Assembly (NCBI GenBank): GCA_043228905.1
Contig: JBHGNT010000172.1
Span: forward strand, 1-61,287
Direction: 5' to 3'
Source: Azolla caroliniana
Taxonomy: Eukaryota > Plantae > Polypodiophyta
Length of the DNA stretch: 61,287 bases
Positions 35,816-49,231 of the stretch are shown here, one piece after another. How positions within the stretch are numbered: position 1 is the stretch's first letter; each line of letters starts with the position of its first letter. The position numbers and the translations under genes were made by a program. Under the pieces are notes generated by a model that was not told where the DNA came from, made no database searches, and saw nothing but the letters and a program-made list of their open reading frames with translations.

Positions 35816-35821
35816 ATGAGG

Positions 35822-36359
35822 CGATCACGATGAGGCGAATGGTCTAGATGGAGCTACCAAATCGCTCTGATACCATGTAAAGAATCAAGAGATGGATTCT
35901 TGTGAAGCGCAACACACGATCACGATGAGGCGAATGGTCTAGATGGAGCTACCAAATCGCTTTGATACCATGTAAAGAATCAAGAGATGGATTCTTGTGA
36001 AGCAAAAGAGATGTGAGTTATGTGTGTGTGTAAGAGAGAGAGAGAGAGAGAGAGAGTGAGTGAAACACAGAGAATATGCAAGGTAAAAGTATATTGACAA
36101 AGGAGAAAGACTCAACCCTTTACAAGGAGGGAGGATGGTGATTTATATAGTCACCCTCTCTCTTCATTAACTACAAGACTCATGGAGCATGGGGAATGTG
36201 AAAGCTCATAACTTATGTGTCATAGAATATGATTCTATGACTCATACTAAATGCTAGAATACAAAGTGGTGACTTAATGGGGACTCTTGACCGTTGGAGT
36301 GTCTATTCACTCTCAAGGGGAGTTCACACACTAGACCAAGTTGAGCTTGATTCTCAACA
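35822..36359 (-). mobile_element. Element K: copia-type 5' LTR (35971-36359) with Met-i PBS; the PBS/LTR junction is tandemly duplicated
   Basis: TGTAAAGAATC...GATTCTCAACA; GCTCTGATACCA 35864-35875 and GCTTTGATACCA 35959-35970. Confidence 0.8.
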
Positions 36360-39300
36360 AGTACAATGTATTCGATTCGAATACCATGGGCCTTGCAGTA
36401 TTCCTCAAACTGCCCTTTATATTCGCCACCATTGTCAGTTTGGATAGCCTTCAGCTTCTGACCTGACTCCCGTTCGGCTCTTGCCTAGAACTCCTTGAAA
36501 TATGACAGTACTTGATTTTTAGACTTTAGTACGAAGGCCCACAACTTCTGACTATAGTCATCGGTGAAAGTCACAAAGAACTGTCCACCTCGATGTGATG
36601 GAGCATCTATGTAGCACACATCCGTGTGTACTAGTTCCAGTGTAGCTTCTCTTCTTCTTGGTGGTCTTGTGTGGAATGCTTCTTTGTTCTGCTTTCCAAC
36701 TAAGTAGTTGAAAAACTTCTCCAAGTGCACTCCCTTTACTTCTGGTAGAAGTTTCTGGTCGGTTAACAAATGCATCCCCTTCTCACTCATATGGCCTAAT
36801 CTCTTGTGCCATATCTCTCTTGCCGAGTCCCCTGCCACATTCACTTCCGACTTGCACATTCGGGCATGCATCATATACAATGTGCTTTCTTTCTGTGCTC
36901 GGGCCACTATGAGGTTTCCTCAGTAGAACTTCCAATTGCCATTTTGAAAGCTACCACTATAACCATCGTCATCCAACCTTCCAGTCGAAGTCACATTCAA
37001 TCTAATATCGGGGACATGTTGAACATCCTTTAGAGTCAGCCGACACCTTGTCGACGTCGTTAAGCAGACACTTTCGACTCTAGCTACCTTGCACTCTCCA
37101 TTATCATCCATCTTTACATAGCCATGATCATTGGCTATGTAAGTCGAGATATACTCTCTCGACGGAGTTATATGGAAAGATGCATTGGAGTCGATCACCC
37201 ATGTGCATTCTTCCCTTGCAAGATTTGCACTTGTTCGTTCACAGATGAACAGAAGTTCTTCATTGCTCGTAGCAATGGTCAAAGTGTTCTCATTAGGAAC
37301 CTCCCTAGGTTCAACACCCTTTGTGGGACATCACCTTTCCATGGTACTGAGGGGGACCTGTTGATCAGGTAAATCGATGTGTACATCGCCTCAACCCAAT
37401 ATGATATCGACAGTTTAGCATGAGAGAGCATGCTCCTTACTCTCTCCATGATTGTTCGATTCATCCTCTCTGCAAGCCCGTTCAACTTAGGTGTCTTCGG
37501 CACTGTGTATTCGATTTGAATACCTTGGACCTTGCGATATTCCTCAAATTTCCCTTTCTATATTCGCCACCATTGTCGGTTTAGACAATCTTCAACTTCC
37601 GACTTGACTCCCGTTCGGCTCTTGCTTGGAACTCCTTGAAATACAACAGTACTTGATCTTTTGACTTTAGTACAAAAGCCCACAACTTCCGACTGTAGTC
37701 ATCGATGAAGGTCACAAAGTATTGCCCGCCTCGATGTGATGGAGCATCTACATAGCACACATCCATGTGTACTAGTTCCAGTGGCACTTCTCTTCTTCTT
37801 GGTGGTCTTGAGTGGAATGTTGCTCTGTTCTACTTTCCAACTAAGCAGTCGACACACTTCTCCAGGTGCACTCCCTTTACCTCTGGTAGAATTTTCTGGT
37901 TGGCTAACAGATGCAGACCCTTCTCACTCATGTGGCCTAATCTCTTGTGCCATATCTGTCCTGCCGAGTCCGCTACCACATTCACTTCCGACTTGCACAA
38001 TCGGGCATGCATTATATATAATGTGCCTTCTTTCTGTGCTCGGGCCACTAGAAGATTTCCTCAACAGAACTTCCACTTTCCATTATGAAAGCTACCACTA
38101 TAGCCTTCGTCCTCCATCTTTCCAGTCGATATCAGATTCAATATGATATCGGGGACGTGTCAAACATCCTTCAGAGTCAGTCGACACCTTGTCGATGTCG
38201 TCAAGCAGACACTTCCGACTCTGGCTATCTTGCACTCTCCATTGTCACCCACCTTTACATAACCATGGTCTTTGGCTATGTAAGTCTAGAAATACTCTCT
38301 CGATAGAGTTATATGGAAAGATGCACTGAAGTCAATCACCCATGTGCATTCTTTGCTTGCAAGATTTGCACTTGTTCGTTCACAGATGAATAGAAATTCT
38401 TCATTGCTCGTAGCAATGGCCAAAGTGTTCTTCTCATTAGGAATCTCCCTAGGTTCAACATTATTACAAACCCCTTTGTCTTTCTTCATGTGTCAACATT
38501 CCTTCTGGAAATGTCCAGGTTTACCACAATAAAAGCATGTCAGCTTACCTCTGGACTTCGATCTGGCGTGGGACACGTCCCTTCGTTGTGGACTTCTTTG
38601 CCAGTTCCTTCCTCTATCGGTATGTAGAGCCACATTCGACTTTGACTGGAACATGAGTCCCTTGTCCTTCCTTCTCATCTCCTCATTCAAGATACTTGTC
38701 TTTACTGCTTGTAGAGACAAGTTCTCTTCTTGACATGAGGTGCTGAGAGTAACCACTAGGTTCTCCCAACTGTCCGACAATGTGCACATCAGTAGTATGG
38801 CCTGCATTGCATCTTCAAGGGGAAACTTGGTTGCAACCAGTTGGTTCACATACCCCATGAATGTGTTGATGTGTTCTACGATGCTCTCACCATCTATGTA
38901 TTTCATCCGGATGATCTTTCTCATCAGTGAGGTTTTATTGAGGGCGTTCTTCCTCTCATATAGACCTGACAACTTCTTCCACATCTCGTGGGCATTCGTG
39001 TCGTTCACCACATGATGAAGGACACTTACATCGACGCATTGTTGGATGGTGGCCACCGCCTTTCTGTTAAGAAGTTTCCATTCCGACTCTAATACCCCCA
39101 TGGGTATTTCTGCTCTGTCGATCGGCACGTGCATGTCTTTGACTATGAGAAGGTCCTCCATCTTTATCTTCTAGTCCGCATAGTTTTGAGAGTTTAAAAC
39201 TATCATACTTGGGAAGCTGCTCACACCTCCTTCCATGCTTGCACCTCAAGCTCTGATACCAGTTTGTAGAGAAACCAATCGTTAACTCACAAGAAGAATA

Positions 39301-39986
39301 CATTGAAATACACAACTCGGAACACACACAACAACAGTGTACACAGATTTTACGTGGAAACCCTAAACAAGGAAAACCATGGGAACAGAGCTTCACTATA
39401 TAGTGGACATACAAATAGAGAAGATTACAACACTCCCTGTGGAGTGTATCAGCCTGGTGGGGCTCTCTGGTGCCTGTTGTTTCACACACACAACTATGGT
39501 GCCACTCTCTCACTGTTCTTCCTCTCGCGCTTCACTACAACACTCTTACTCTCCCTTTTTGTTCTACGTTCTATTCTACACACGTTTGCCCTAGATGTAT
39601 TTATACTCATACATCATATGGGCTATTTACAAGTGTAGCCCCTACTACACATCACTACTATTATTATATACAATAATAAGTAGCCATCAGCTGACTCTAG
39701 TGTCGACTGTCCAGTTGGTCCGACTAGTTGGCTTGGTCATTGACCATCTGGTCGGCTCGACTAGTCGGTCGTGTCTTCGACCTGGATCTCCTTCCTGTCA
39801 TCTCTCACAGTCGACTTTCTCGCAATCGACTCTTCAACTATCGATACTTGGCCCAAACAGTTGGCTCCTCGTATTCGACTGTCAGCTCTTCTTTGCCAAA
39901 ACAGTCGGCTCCTCCTTGTCTTCGATTGTCAGCACTTCTTGGCCCAAATAATCGGCTCCTCCCATTGTAGGGACATATTCCCAACA
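36360..39986 (-). mobile_element. Element L: degenerate copia related to I (gag, PR, INT with an internal duplication; PBS 39250-39261; 5' LTR 39265-39986)
   Basis: Gag ORF 38493-39161 is homologous to that of I; LTR TG...CA. Confidence 0.88.
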
Positions 39987-40384
39987 AAAAGGGTGTGGAT
40001 TTTGACGAAATATTTGCCCCGGTGGTGAAGATGACATCCATCCGGATGGTGTTGAGCATTGCGGCCAACATGGACTTGGAAATTGAACAAGATGTCAAGA
40101 TAGTTTTCTTGCATGGAGAATTAGAGGAAGAAATCTACATGCACCAACTGGAAGGATTTATGGAGAACGGTCAAGAAAACTTGGTATGTCGAATGAGGAA
40201 GAGCTTGTACGGATTGAAGCAAACCCCCCGGCAATGGTACTAGAAATTCGAATCCTTCATGGTGGACCATGGGTTCCACAAGTCGCAAGCCGACCATTGT
40301 GTCTTTGTGAAGACATATGACGAAGGAGACTTCCTTATCCTCCTATTGTACGTTGATGACATGCTGATCGTCGGACAGGACAGG
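39987..40384 (+). pseudogene. Copia RT fragment (M)
   Basis: GVDFDEIFAPVVKMTSIR...KSLYGLKQ...LLYVDDML. Confidence 0.9.
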
Positions 40385-41067
40385 TTTGTTGCCTGCGAGT
40401 CTCTTGTACTTTTTCTAAATATAGTGATCCTGTTTGGGGTCTGCGGACTCCCGTGGTTTTTTCCCATCTAGGGTTTTCCACGTTAACATCATGTGTCTCT
40501 GTGTTTAGTTCTCCGTTTTTCCCTCTTGTGCTTGAAGTTCGGTTGAGGCCGAACCCATTTATCTTTCAAGGGGATGGAAAACACCAACGGGTCGCACATG
40601 ACAGTTCAACACTACACACCAATGTATAAGGGTAGTTTCGCACAGAACTGTACCTGATCGGATTGTAGTATGGGCTTAACACAAGATCTTGTGCTTGAAG
40701 TTCGGTTGTGGCTGAACCCATTTATCTTTCAAGGGGATGGAAAACACCAACGGGTCGCACATGACAGTTCAACACTACACACCAATGTATAAGGGTAGGT
40801 TTGCACAAAATTGTACTTGATCGGATTGTAGTATGGGCTTAACACAAGATCTGACTCGCTACAACCGATAGATTAATTACAATACACAGTTTATAACAAA
40901 GTTGCTTAGAAGACAGATAGAGAATATAAGAAAACAGAGATTCTATTAGACGACTGCCTCGATACAACCGATAAAACTTTTACAAGATTACATGTCCCTT
41001 TTTATAGGGCGCATGAACAGTTATGTCAAGAATAGAAAATCGTTACTACTCTATCTAACCATTTTAT
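40385..41067. repeat. Mosaic of LTR fragments with a ~163-bp tandem duplication (40525-40851)
   Basis: Copia U5 motif at 40450-40487; duplicated unit; minus-strand TATA near 41003. Confidence 0.6.
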
Positions 41068-42349
41068 TGTTAGGAATTTTTCCCTCCTATGGGAGAAGTC
41101 GACAGTCGAAGTCTAGGAAGAAGTCGGTAGTCGAATCAATGAGCCAAATACATGATGGTCAGTCGGATCCGACCAGCTAGTTGACAGGGTCGTCAACTAG
41201 TTCTTGGAGGGGATTGAGAGCTGACTATGATAGTCATTTACATTGATAAATGCTCCAAATGAAGACAAGGTTGACAAGTTGGGTCAACTGGATGGTCAAA
41301 GACAAGGCCGACTAGTCGGGCCGATTAATTATTTATACACATTATATAATACTAATAACAACTACATTTGTAAATAGCCCATATTGTCTATGAGTATAAA
41401 TACACTAGGGCAACCATTATGAATGTGTTGCACTATGTATAGAGCTTTTGTGGTTGAGTGTAGAAACGAGGAAGAAATAGAGAGTAGGAAGAGACACGAG
41501 AGTGTGCGAAAAGAGAGGTAAAGTTTCGTGGAACTTGTCAAAATCCTAAGTGGGTACACTCTAATTCTCAGAGATTTGTAAATCTTTTGCTTGTATCTCT
41601 GTTCATTGTGAAAACCTGCTGCCCCGTGGTTTTTCCCATTTTAGGGTTTCCACGTTGTGGTGAAGAAAACCGTCCACGAGCGGAATCGGTGCGCCGGAGC
41701 ATAGGAACCGACTCTTCATGCACATACGCCTTATGTTGTACATGAGAGAGAATTAGGGACATGGAAGATCCGAGGTAGGTAGATTCGGTAGGTAGGAAGT
41801 TAATAGGAAACGGCTCCCTTCTTGCCTATAAAAGGAGGGAGACGAGGAAGAGGAAGGCATCGTGGAGAGTCGAGGACGAAGTGTTGTCGGTTTGTGGGCG
41901 AAGGCTTCTCTCTCTCTCTGGCTCGCAAACTCCGTAGCTTCTTGCTGTGCAGGTTTCGGGAGGCTCGCGCTGCTCTGAGGAATGCCCGAGTGCTTCCGGC
42001 AGCACCTCCAACCTACTCTTTCCTTTCTGTGCGTTTACGAACAGGCATCGGCATCTATTCGCCGGCCTGTTCGGTTGTAACAGACTTCGTGCTTCTTGTT
42101 GTTTGTTTGTTAATATATATATTTACATACATTCGTGTCCCTCGATGTCTGCGTCCCACTCGCGTCTTTGTATCGAAGGGCCGTGTCCCTGTGAATCTAC
42201 GCTCACACGTAGTGGGTCCCCTCCCTTCTCCTTTCTCTCTTGCTCTTCGGTACAAGACCCCCGAGGTCCCGCCCCATTCCACGCATCCGCAAGGAATACC
42301 TCGACATCTTGGTGAACCCGACGTGAAGGAGGCGGCAGAAGAGCAGAAG

Positions 42350-44476
42350 ATGAAGGGGTCGGATCTTGCGGAGGCCATGGCTTCGGCAGTGGATCGGATA
42401 TTGAGCACACGCGAGGGCACCGGCGCCCTCGACAGAGCCATTGAGGCGGTCGTCGGTACGATCGGCCGGTTCAGCGGAAAGGACGCCACGAAGTATTTGG
42501 CGTCCTACGGGGCAGAAATGCTGATGCGGGACATTCCGGAAGAGAGGCGTCTTGCCGGGTTCCCTCGAGTGGCGATGCCGAGCATCCATGCGGAGGTGCT
42601 CGAGGTGCGGGCGGAGAGCCGTACCTGGGAGGGGTTCGAAGGTCGACTCCTAGAAAAATACGGGCTGGACGACACGCTCCGGCTCTCGAAACGGGACTTC
42701 ATGGAGTGGGTGGAGTCCCCCGGCAAGGGAAGAAACACGTCGGCACTCCTCCGGGAGTTTGAAGAACGCTTTGCGCGCCTTTCGGCGCTTGACCGAACCG
42801 TTCTGGATACGAGCCGGGTCCTACTGTTCGTCAAGTCGGTGGACGAGCGGGACCGGGATCAAGTCGGCTCCTTGCTAGAAACCGAAGACGGGCTGACGAC
42901 CGACTGGGCTGCGATTAAGAGAGTCTGTGGCCGTTTCGACAAACGGCGAGAATGGGCTGACAACGGGGCGGCTGGTGCGGGCTCTGTCATAGCAAGGAGG
43001 CTTGAACCGGCACCGCAAGGGCGAAGGGAAGAAACCCGGGAATGGCTCGAAACCAGTTTGGCTTCGACCAACATGGTCAGTGGCTCGTCTGGAGGAGCAG
43101 CGCTGGAGGAGTTGACGCGGGCGATAAAGGATCACCAGATCGCCCAGACTCGAAGGGAAGGCGGCGAACCGGCTCGTGACCGACGGCCGGTAGCAGGGAA
43201 CAGGTGCATGTGGTGCGACGAGGTCGGCCACATCCGGAAGGACTGCGGCGATTTCGCAGAAGCGTTGAGGAACCGGGTGGTGTACCTGTGGGAAGGCCGG
43301 GTGCACGCCGGCGACACCAGAAGGGCCCTAAACCGAAACGACGGGCGAGGAGGAATGAAGAGACTGATGGAAGAGGCAGCGGCCCGACACATGGAGGCCA
43401 TCCACTACTCGGCGTCGGCCGGCATTCGGGTCGGGGGCAGCGAGGCCCGAAAGGAGGGCAAAGACGGATTCTGGTCGGCAATGCTGGAAGGTCTTGCCAG
43501 CGCGCGGCTAAGGAAAGATGAAATGGACCGCGCTGAGAGACGGGTCCGGGAAATAACCGGGTGGAGCGATCCGGTCGAGGAGAAGACGGCCTTCGTAGAA
43601 GCCACCTGCCGGAACTACGAGGCTCTGGTAGAAGACAAACGAGTGGGGAAAGCCGGAGCGGCCAGGCCCTCACAACGGTACGAGACCCGATTCGGGCAAC
43701 GACGGAACGATGCCGGTGGGTCCAGCTCGCAAGATAACCCCAGGAAGGGCGGATACCGACTGGGGACGGAAATAGAAAGGACTACGGACCTACAAAAGGT
43801 CCTAGAAGAACGGATCCTCGACAGCAAAGTGGATCTGTCATTGCGAGAGGTGCTAGGGATCGCCAAGAAGGAGTTCCATGACTCCATTGTGGACCTGGTG
43901 AAACGGAAGAGGCTGTCGACGGAGACGGAACCGGAAAGACCGGTGGAGGTGCGGATGACGCACATTGACGACATGGCGCTGGAAGATGAGTGGGCGGAGA
44001 GCCACTATTCAAGGCCGCACTGGGCCCGAGCGACCACGGAGACCCAGGTAAAGATCGGAGATGTTCAGGAACTGGTGGTGGCATTGGTGGACCACGGTTC
44101 GGAAATAAACCTGATGTCCATGGACTTCTATAAGAAGGGAAAGTGGCCGATCAACACCAAGCACGGGTGGAAGATACGGGCGGCGACGCGCACCACCGAG
44201 GAACTGCACGGGGCCTGCCCGAACGTGCGAGTCAAGATTGGCGACGTCGAGATTGACCAACACTTCTTCGTACAGGAGACATCCTCGCACCCGGTCATAT
44301 TAGGGGAACCATACATCACGGCAGCGCGGATGGAGACCAAGGTGCTAGACAACGGTTCGACCTACGCAAGGGTCAAAAGCTAGGACGGGCGCCATTCGGT
44401 CCAATTTCTGACAGTGCGACCGAACCACGAGCGAAACCGCGAATCCCTCGGCGGCGAGAACCGGGAGGATTTTTAG
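42350..44476 (+). pseudogene. Gag-protease of F (premature TAG at 44381)
   Basis: CMWCDEVGHIRKDC, ALVDHGSEIN; natural end GAT TTT TAG, as in D. Confidence 0.88.
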
Positions 44477-47400
44477 AGAGGGCTGCCAAGGCGTGGGGCC
44501 GAGACAATCCGGACACTCGGGAAAGACCCCACAGCTGTACGATAGAACCGAAACTGAAGAAACCTTGTGCGATAGGTAGAAAATTCTGCTTCTCCAACAA
44601 CGGAGGGTGTATGATAGTCAGCATCGTTGGCCGAGAAAGGGCAAGGGTGGAGGAGCGACTTCGAGCGTGCGGAGTTCTCGGCCCGGACGAGGAAATCAGC
44701 GGGGCGGTGGAGGCGGTCTCCTTCGACGACACCTTGGGGATGCTGAGGAAGGTAGCCGGGGAAGACCTTAACGAAGACCGGACGATACCGGTATGTTCCG
44801 AAGAGATGTACGAAGTCATCGCGAACTTCAGCCAGGGGCTCCGGTCGGATCGGACGGCCCGAGTTAGCACGAAGTACAAGACTGTGGACCAGAAGGTAAG
44901 GCCAGTCGCAACGCCCTTACCGGAGGGCAGCGAGTCCCGAATCAGAGGGGTTGCGTCGGACCCCAGTTTACGAGATCCGGCCTGCATAGGACACACCTTC
45001 ACCGACGGGATGCTCCGGGAGCTCAAGATCGGTGGGGGCGGGTTCCTACTGCCGGCGGAGGAAGACCGGTTTCGGAGAATGCTCAGAAGGCACGGGAAAG
45101 CCTTCGCATTCTCACCGGAAGAGATCGGGTGCGTAGACCCGACAATCGTGGAGCCGATGGTGATATTCACGGTACCGCATGTGCCGTGGAATCTCAAGCC
45201 GATTCCGGTACCAAGAGCTCACATCCCGGAGTTGATGGAGCTACTGAGGCAGAAAGTCGATATGGGTATTCTCGAACCGTCGAGCGCGCCATACTCGAAC
45301 CGATGGTTTACCGTACCAAAGAAAAACGGAACATTGCGCTTCATTTAGGACCTGCAGCCGGTCAACAGAGTGACCATTCGGAACGCAAGAATCGGACCGA
45401 CCATAGACGAGTTCGCGGAGGCCTTCGCCGGAAGGTCGATTTACTCAGTCGGTGATCTGTACTCGGGGTACGACCAGTTCCAGCTAGCCGTGGAGAGGAG
45501 AGACATTACGACGATGCGAACTCCCTTCGGCCTAGTGCGAATGTGTACCCTGCCACAAGGAGGGACCAACTCGGTGGCCCACATGGTGAATGCAATGAAC
45601 AAGGTACTGAGGGATTGCATCCCGGACATCACCATGCCATTTCTGGACGACATCCCGATAAAGGGGTGCCCGGTGGAAGAGAAGGACGGGACAGTCGGGC
45701 CGGACGGATGCCGGCGATTCGTGGCAACACACATCGACGACTGCGAGAAGGTGCTACAAAGGCTAGAGGATGCGAGGCTCACCTTCTCCGGGGAGAAATC
45801 GGCCTTCGGGCAATCAGAAATCCTAGTGGTCGGACACTTGTGTGGACCGTATGGCCGGAAGCCGTCTCCGGCAAAAGTAGAAGCCATCTCCGTGATGACG
45901 ACCGACTGTAGCTCGGTTACGGAAGTTCGGAGGTTCCTGGGGGCATGCGCGTTCTACCACATATGGATCCCGCATTACGCCCACGTTGCGGAGCCGCTAT
46001 ACGGGTTGCTAAAAAGGGGGCGAAAATTCGAGTGGCGAGACGAGCACACGGAGTCGGTCCGGAAGCTAAAGGAAGCTCTTGCGGCAGCACCGGCGCTCCG
46101 GAAGGCTGTCTACGAGAAGGGTACCCCGGTATACATAACGGTGGATACGAGTCCGACTAGGATCGGATGGGTCGTCAACCAAGAAGACGGGGACGGCATT
46201 CGGTTCCCGATCCAATTCGGCGCGAAGGTCCTCAGTGAGCGGCAGCGAAGGTACGCCCAGGTTAAACGCGAACTCTGGGGTATCGTTTCGGCAGTAAAGG
46301 CCGACAAAGACTACCTGATCGGGACGGAAGTGATTATCGAGATGGATTGCCTGCCAATCTCGGCATGGTTTCCGGATGCGCGACACCGGACCTGGCGATG
46401 CTCAAGTGGATAGCGTACATCAAGTCCCTGGATCCGGAAATACGGCACATTTCCGGAAAGGACAACACCATGGCCGACATGCTTTCGAGGGCGAGGTTTG
46501 ATGACGAGGGCGGCATGGTTTCGGAGGACGAAGAAGTCGGCGTGGACTTCTTCGAGGCGGCGTACGTGACGACCGATGGGGCGAGCACTCCGGCACTTAA
46601 CGACTTCGATGAGAGCAAGTACGACGGCGAGTGGCTCCAGATCGGTGGATTTTTGAGGACAATGACGCCGGATGCATCATGGACGAGGGACGAAACCAAC
46701 CGGATCCGGAAGAAAGCATACCGATTCTTTCTCTGGGACGGATACTTATGGAAGCACCCGAAGAAGAGGAACGGCGTCCCGCTCCGGGTGGTGGCGATGA
46801 AGGAAGAACAGGAGGAGCTGCTGACGGCCTACCACGACAACCCTTGGGCTGGACACCATGGAACGTGGGCCACGTTCGAGAAGATAAAGGGGAAGTACTG
46901 GTGGCCGGGACTGTACCAGGACGTGCATCGGTTCATGACAACTTGCGAGAGCTGTCAGATGCACTCCATAGTCCGACATCGGGACGAGCTTCACCCTACG
47001 TACCCTCCGACCATCCACTTCAAATGGATTGTAGATCTGGTGACGATGCCGATGGGAGTAGGACAGATGCGGTACCTGGTCCTAGCTCGGGAAGATCTGA
47101 CGAACTAGGTGGAAGGCCGGGCCCTTCAGAACAAAACGACTGTAGCCGTATGTCGGTTCCTGCTCGAGGATGTGATATGCCGGTACGGGTGCGTCAGGAA
47201 GATCGTGGCTGATCGCGGGGAGTTGGACGCCGAAGAGGCCGAGGAGCTGTTCGATCGGTTAGGAGTCAAGCTCTCGCTTACCACTGCGTAAAATCCGGAG
47301 GCAAATGGAAAGGTGGAGCGCAGACACGGACCGATCGTCAAGGCATTAGTTCGGACATGCGGGGGTCAAGTCGGGAACTGGCCGCGGCTGCTGCCTTACG

Positions 47401-47969
47401 CATTATGGGCTGACCGAACTACGCACAGTTCGGTAACCGGATTCATGCCGGCAGAGCTCATGTTTGGGCAGAAGCCGATCATGCCGATGGAACGTACAGT
47501 CTTCTCATGGGCAACCGTGGATTGGAGAGACGAGATGAGCCGGGAGGAACTATTGGCGGCGCGCATACGTCAGCTCGAGCGAAGGCCGGAAGACGTGGAG
47601 CAGGCTGCGGGAAAGCTTCAGGATGCAAGGATGAGGAACAAAGCCCGGTTCGACCGAACGCACCGGCTCCGATCGGAGAAGATTGAGGAAGGCGACTGGG
47701 TGCTAGTCTACGACAGCAGCCTCGACAACCAGCACCGAGCGACACGGAAGTTCGCAAGAAGGTGATTCGGGCCTTACGTGGTACAAAGCGCCAACGACAA
47801 CGGGACGTACCATCTGGCGGAACTCGACGGCACGAGAATGGCGATACCGGTAGCTAGGAAGCGGATCAAAGCGTTCAAGAAGCGTCACGACGACGAGCCG
47901 GATCCGGATAACCTGGACCGGGACGACGAACGATCCGAAACCGAGGAAGAACCGACGGGCGGGGAATGA
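44467..47969 (+). pseudogene. RT-RH-INT of F in the -1 frame; several stops and a frameshift
   Basis: PFLDDI, TVDTSP, ADMLSR, HHCC, WIVDLV / VADRG / VERRH. Confidence 0.9.
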
Positions 47970-48909
47970 AGGTTGGACCGGTTTTCTCTGTCCCAACTCA
48001 ATTTGGCGCATGCCGGTGGATGCGCGGTTAGGTGGGGGCGGATGTCGTGAAGAAAACCGTCCACGAGCGGAATCGGTGCGCCGGAGCATAGGACCCGGCT
48101 CTTCATGCACGTACGCCTTATGTTGTACATAAGAGAGAATTAGGGACATGGAAGATCCGAGGTAGGTAGATTCGGTAGGTAGGAAGTTAATAGGAAACGG
48201 CTCCCTTCTTGCCTATAAAAGGAGGGAGACGAGGAAGAGGAAGGCATCGCGGAGAGTCGAGGACGAAGTGTTGTCGGTTTGTGGGCGAAGGCTTCTCTCT
48301 CTCTCTGGCTCGCAAACTCCGTAGCTTCTTGCTGTGTAGGTTTCGGGAGGCTCGCGCTGCTCTGAGGAATGCCCGAGTGCTTCCGGAAGCACCTCCAACC
48401 TACTCTTTCCTTTCTGTGCGTTTACGAACAGGCATCGGCATCTATTCGCCGGCCTGTTCGGTTGTAACAGACTTCGTGCTTCTTGTTGTTTGTTTGTTAA
48501 TATATATATTTACATACATTCGTGTCCCTCGGTGTCTGCGTCCCACTCGCGTCTTTGTATCGAAGGGCCGTGTCCCTGTGAATCTACGCTAGCACGTAGT
48601 GGGTCCCCTCCCTTCTCCTTTCTCTCTTGCTCTTCGGTACAAGACCCCCGAGGTCCCGCCCCATTCCACGCATCCGCGAGGAATACCTCGACAACGTAAA
48701 TACTGTCTATTGTGCATTCCCTATCTATTTTGTTGTTTTCTGTTTCCGCATTGTGTATATTTTCAACAGATCTTTCTCGTTCATCTACAATCCATTCTCC
48801 AGAAACTGCTATAAGAGCTTGAGGTGTGTTGAGCGAGCAAGATCAACCGTATCCGGATCGGCTGAACAAGCCAGAGTCGGATCGGAGAGCCGGATTCAAA
48901 TGTGAACCG

Positions 48910-49191
48910 TGTCGTGTAATACGCGGAATAATCTTCGGCAACAACCGAAGGGTAAATCACTTGATACAATCGAACACAGAAGAAATGGGAATGGAGGTAA
49001 GTGCACAAACAAACAAAAGAGAATACATAGGATATTAACGTGGAAAACCCTGAGAGGGAAAAAACCACGGGAGTCCACAGACTCCAAACTATCACTATGT
49101 AAAGTAATACAACAGGGAGCACAGAGGCAACGACCTCTTGCTCACAATCTTCGCCTCGCGACGGTTACAACAAAGACACAATCTCTGTATA

Positions 49192-49231
<40 letters not shown>

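Larger units (their letters stand above)
41656..48693 (+). mobile_element. Element F: complete Trp-PBS Ty3/gypsy (non-chromovirus, possibly Phygy-like); 4-bp TSD ACGT
   Basis: 651-bp LTRs 41656-42306 and 48043-48693 with about a dozen differences; PBS 42310-42327; PPT 48030-48042. Confidence 0.95.
41068..48768 (+). repeat. LTR N (L-like copia LTR; 41068-41655 plus 48698-48768), split by F
   Basis: Start resembles the reverse complement of the LTR L end; U5 motif interrupted at ACGT; flanks do not match each other. Confidence 0.75.

Noticed and set aside
41822-42349. N-terminal Gag extension starting in LTR F
   Set aside because: It starts at TTG across the TATA box and PBS; the real start is probably ATG 42350.
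41068-48768. Clean solo LTR with TSD
   Set aside because: The flanks TTTAT and GATCT differ; inter-element recombination or a misplaced boundary is more likely.
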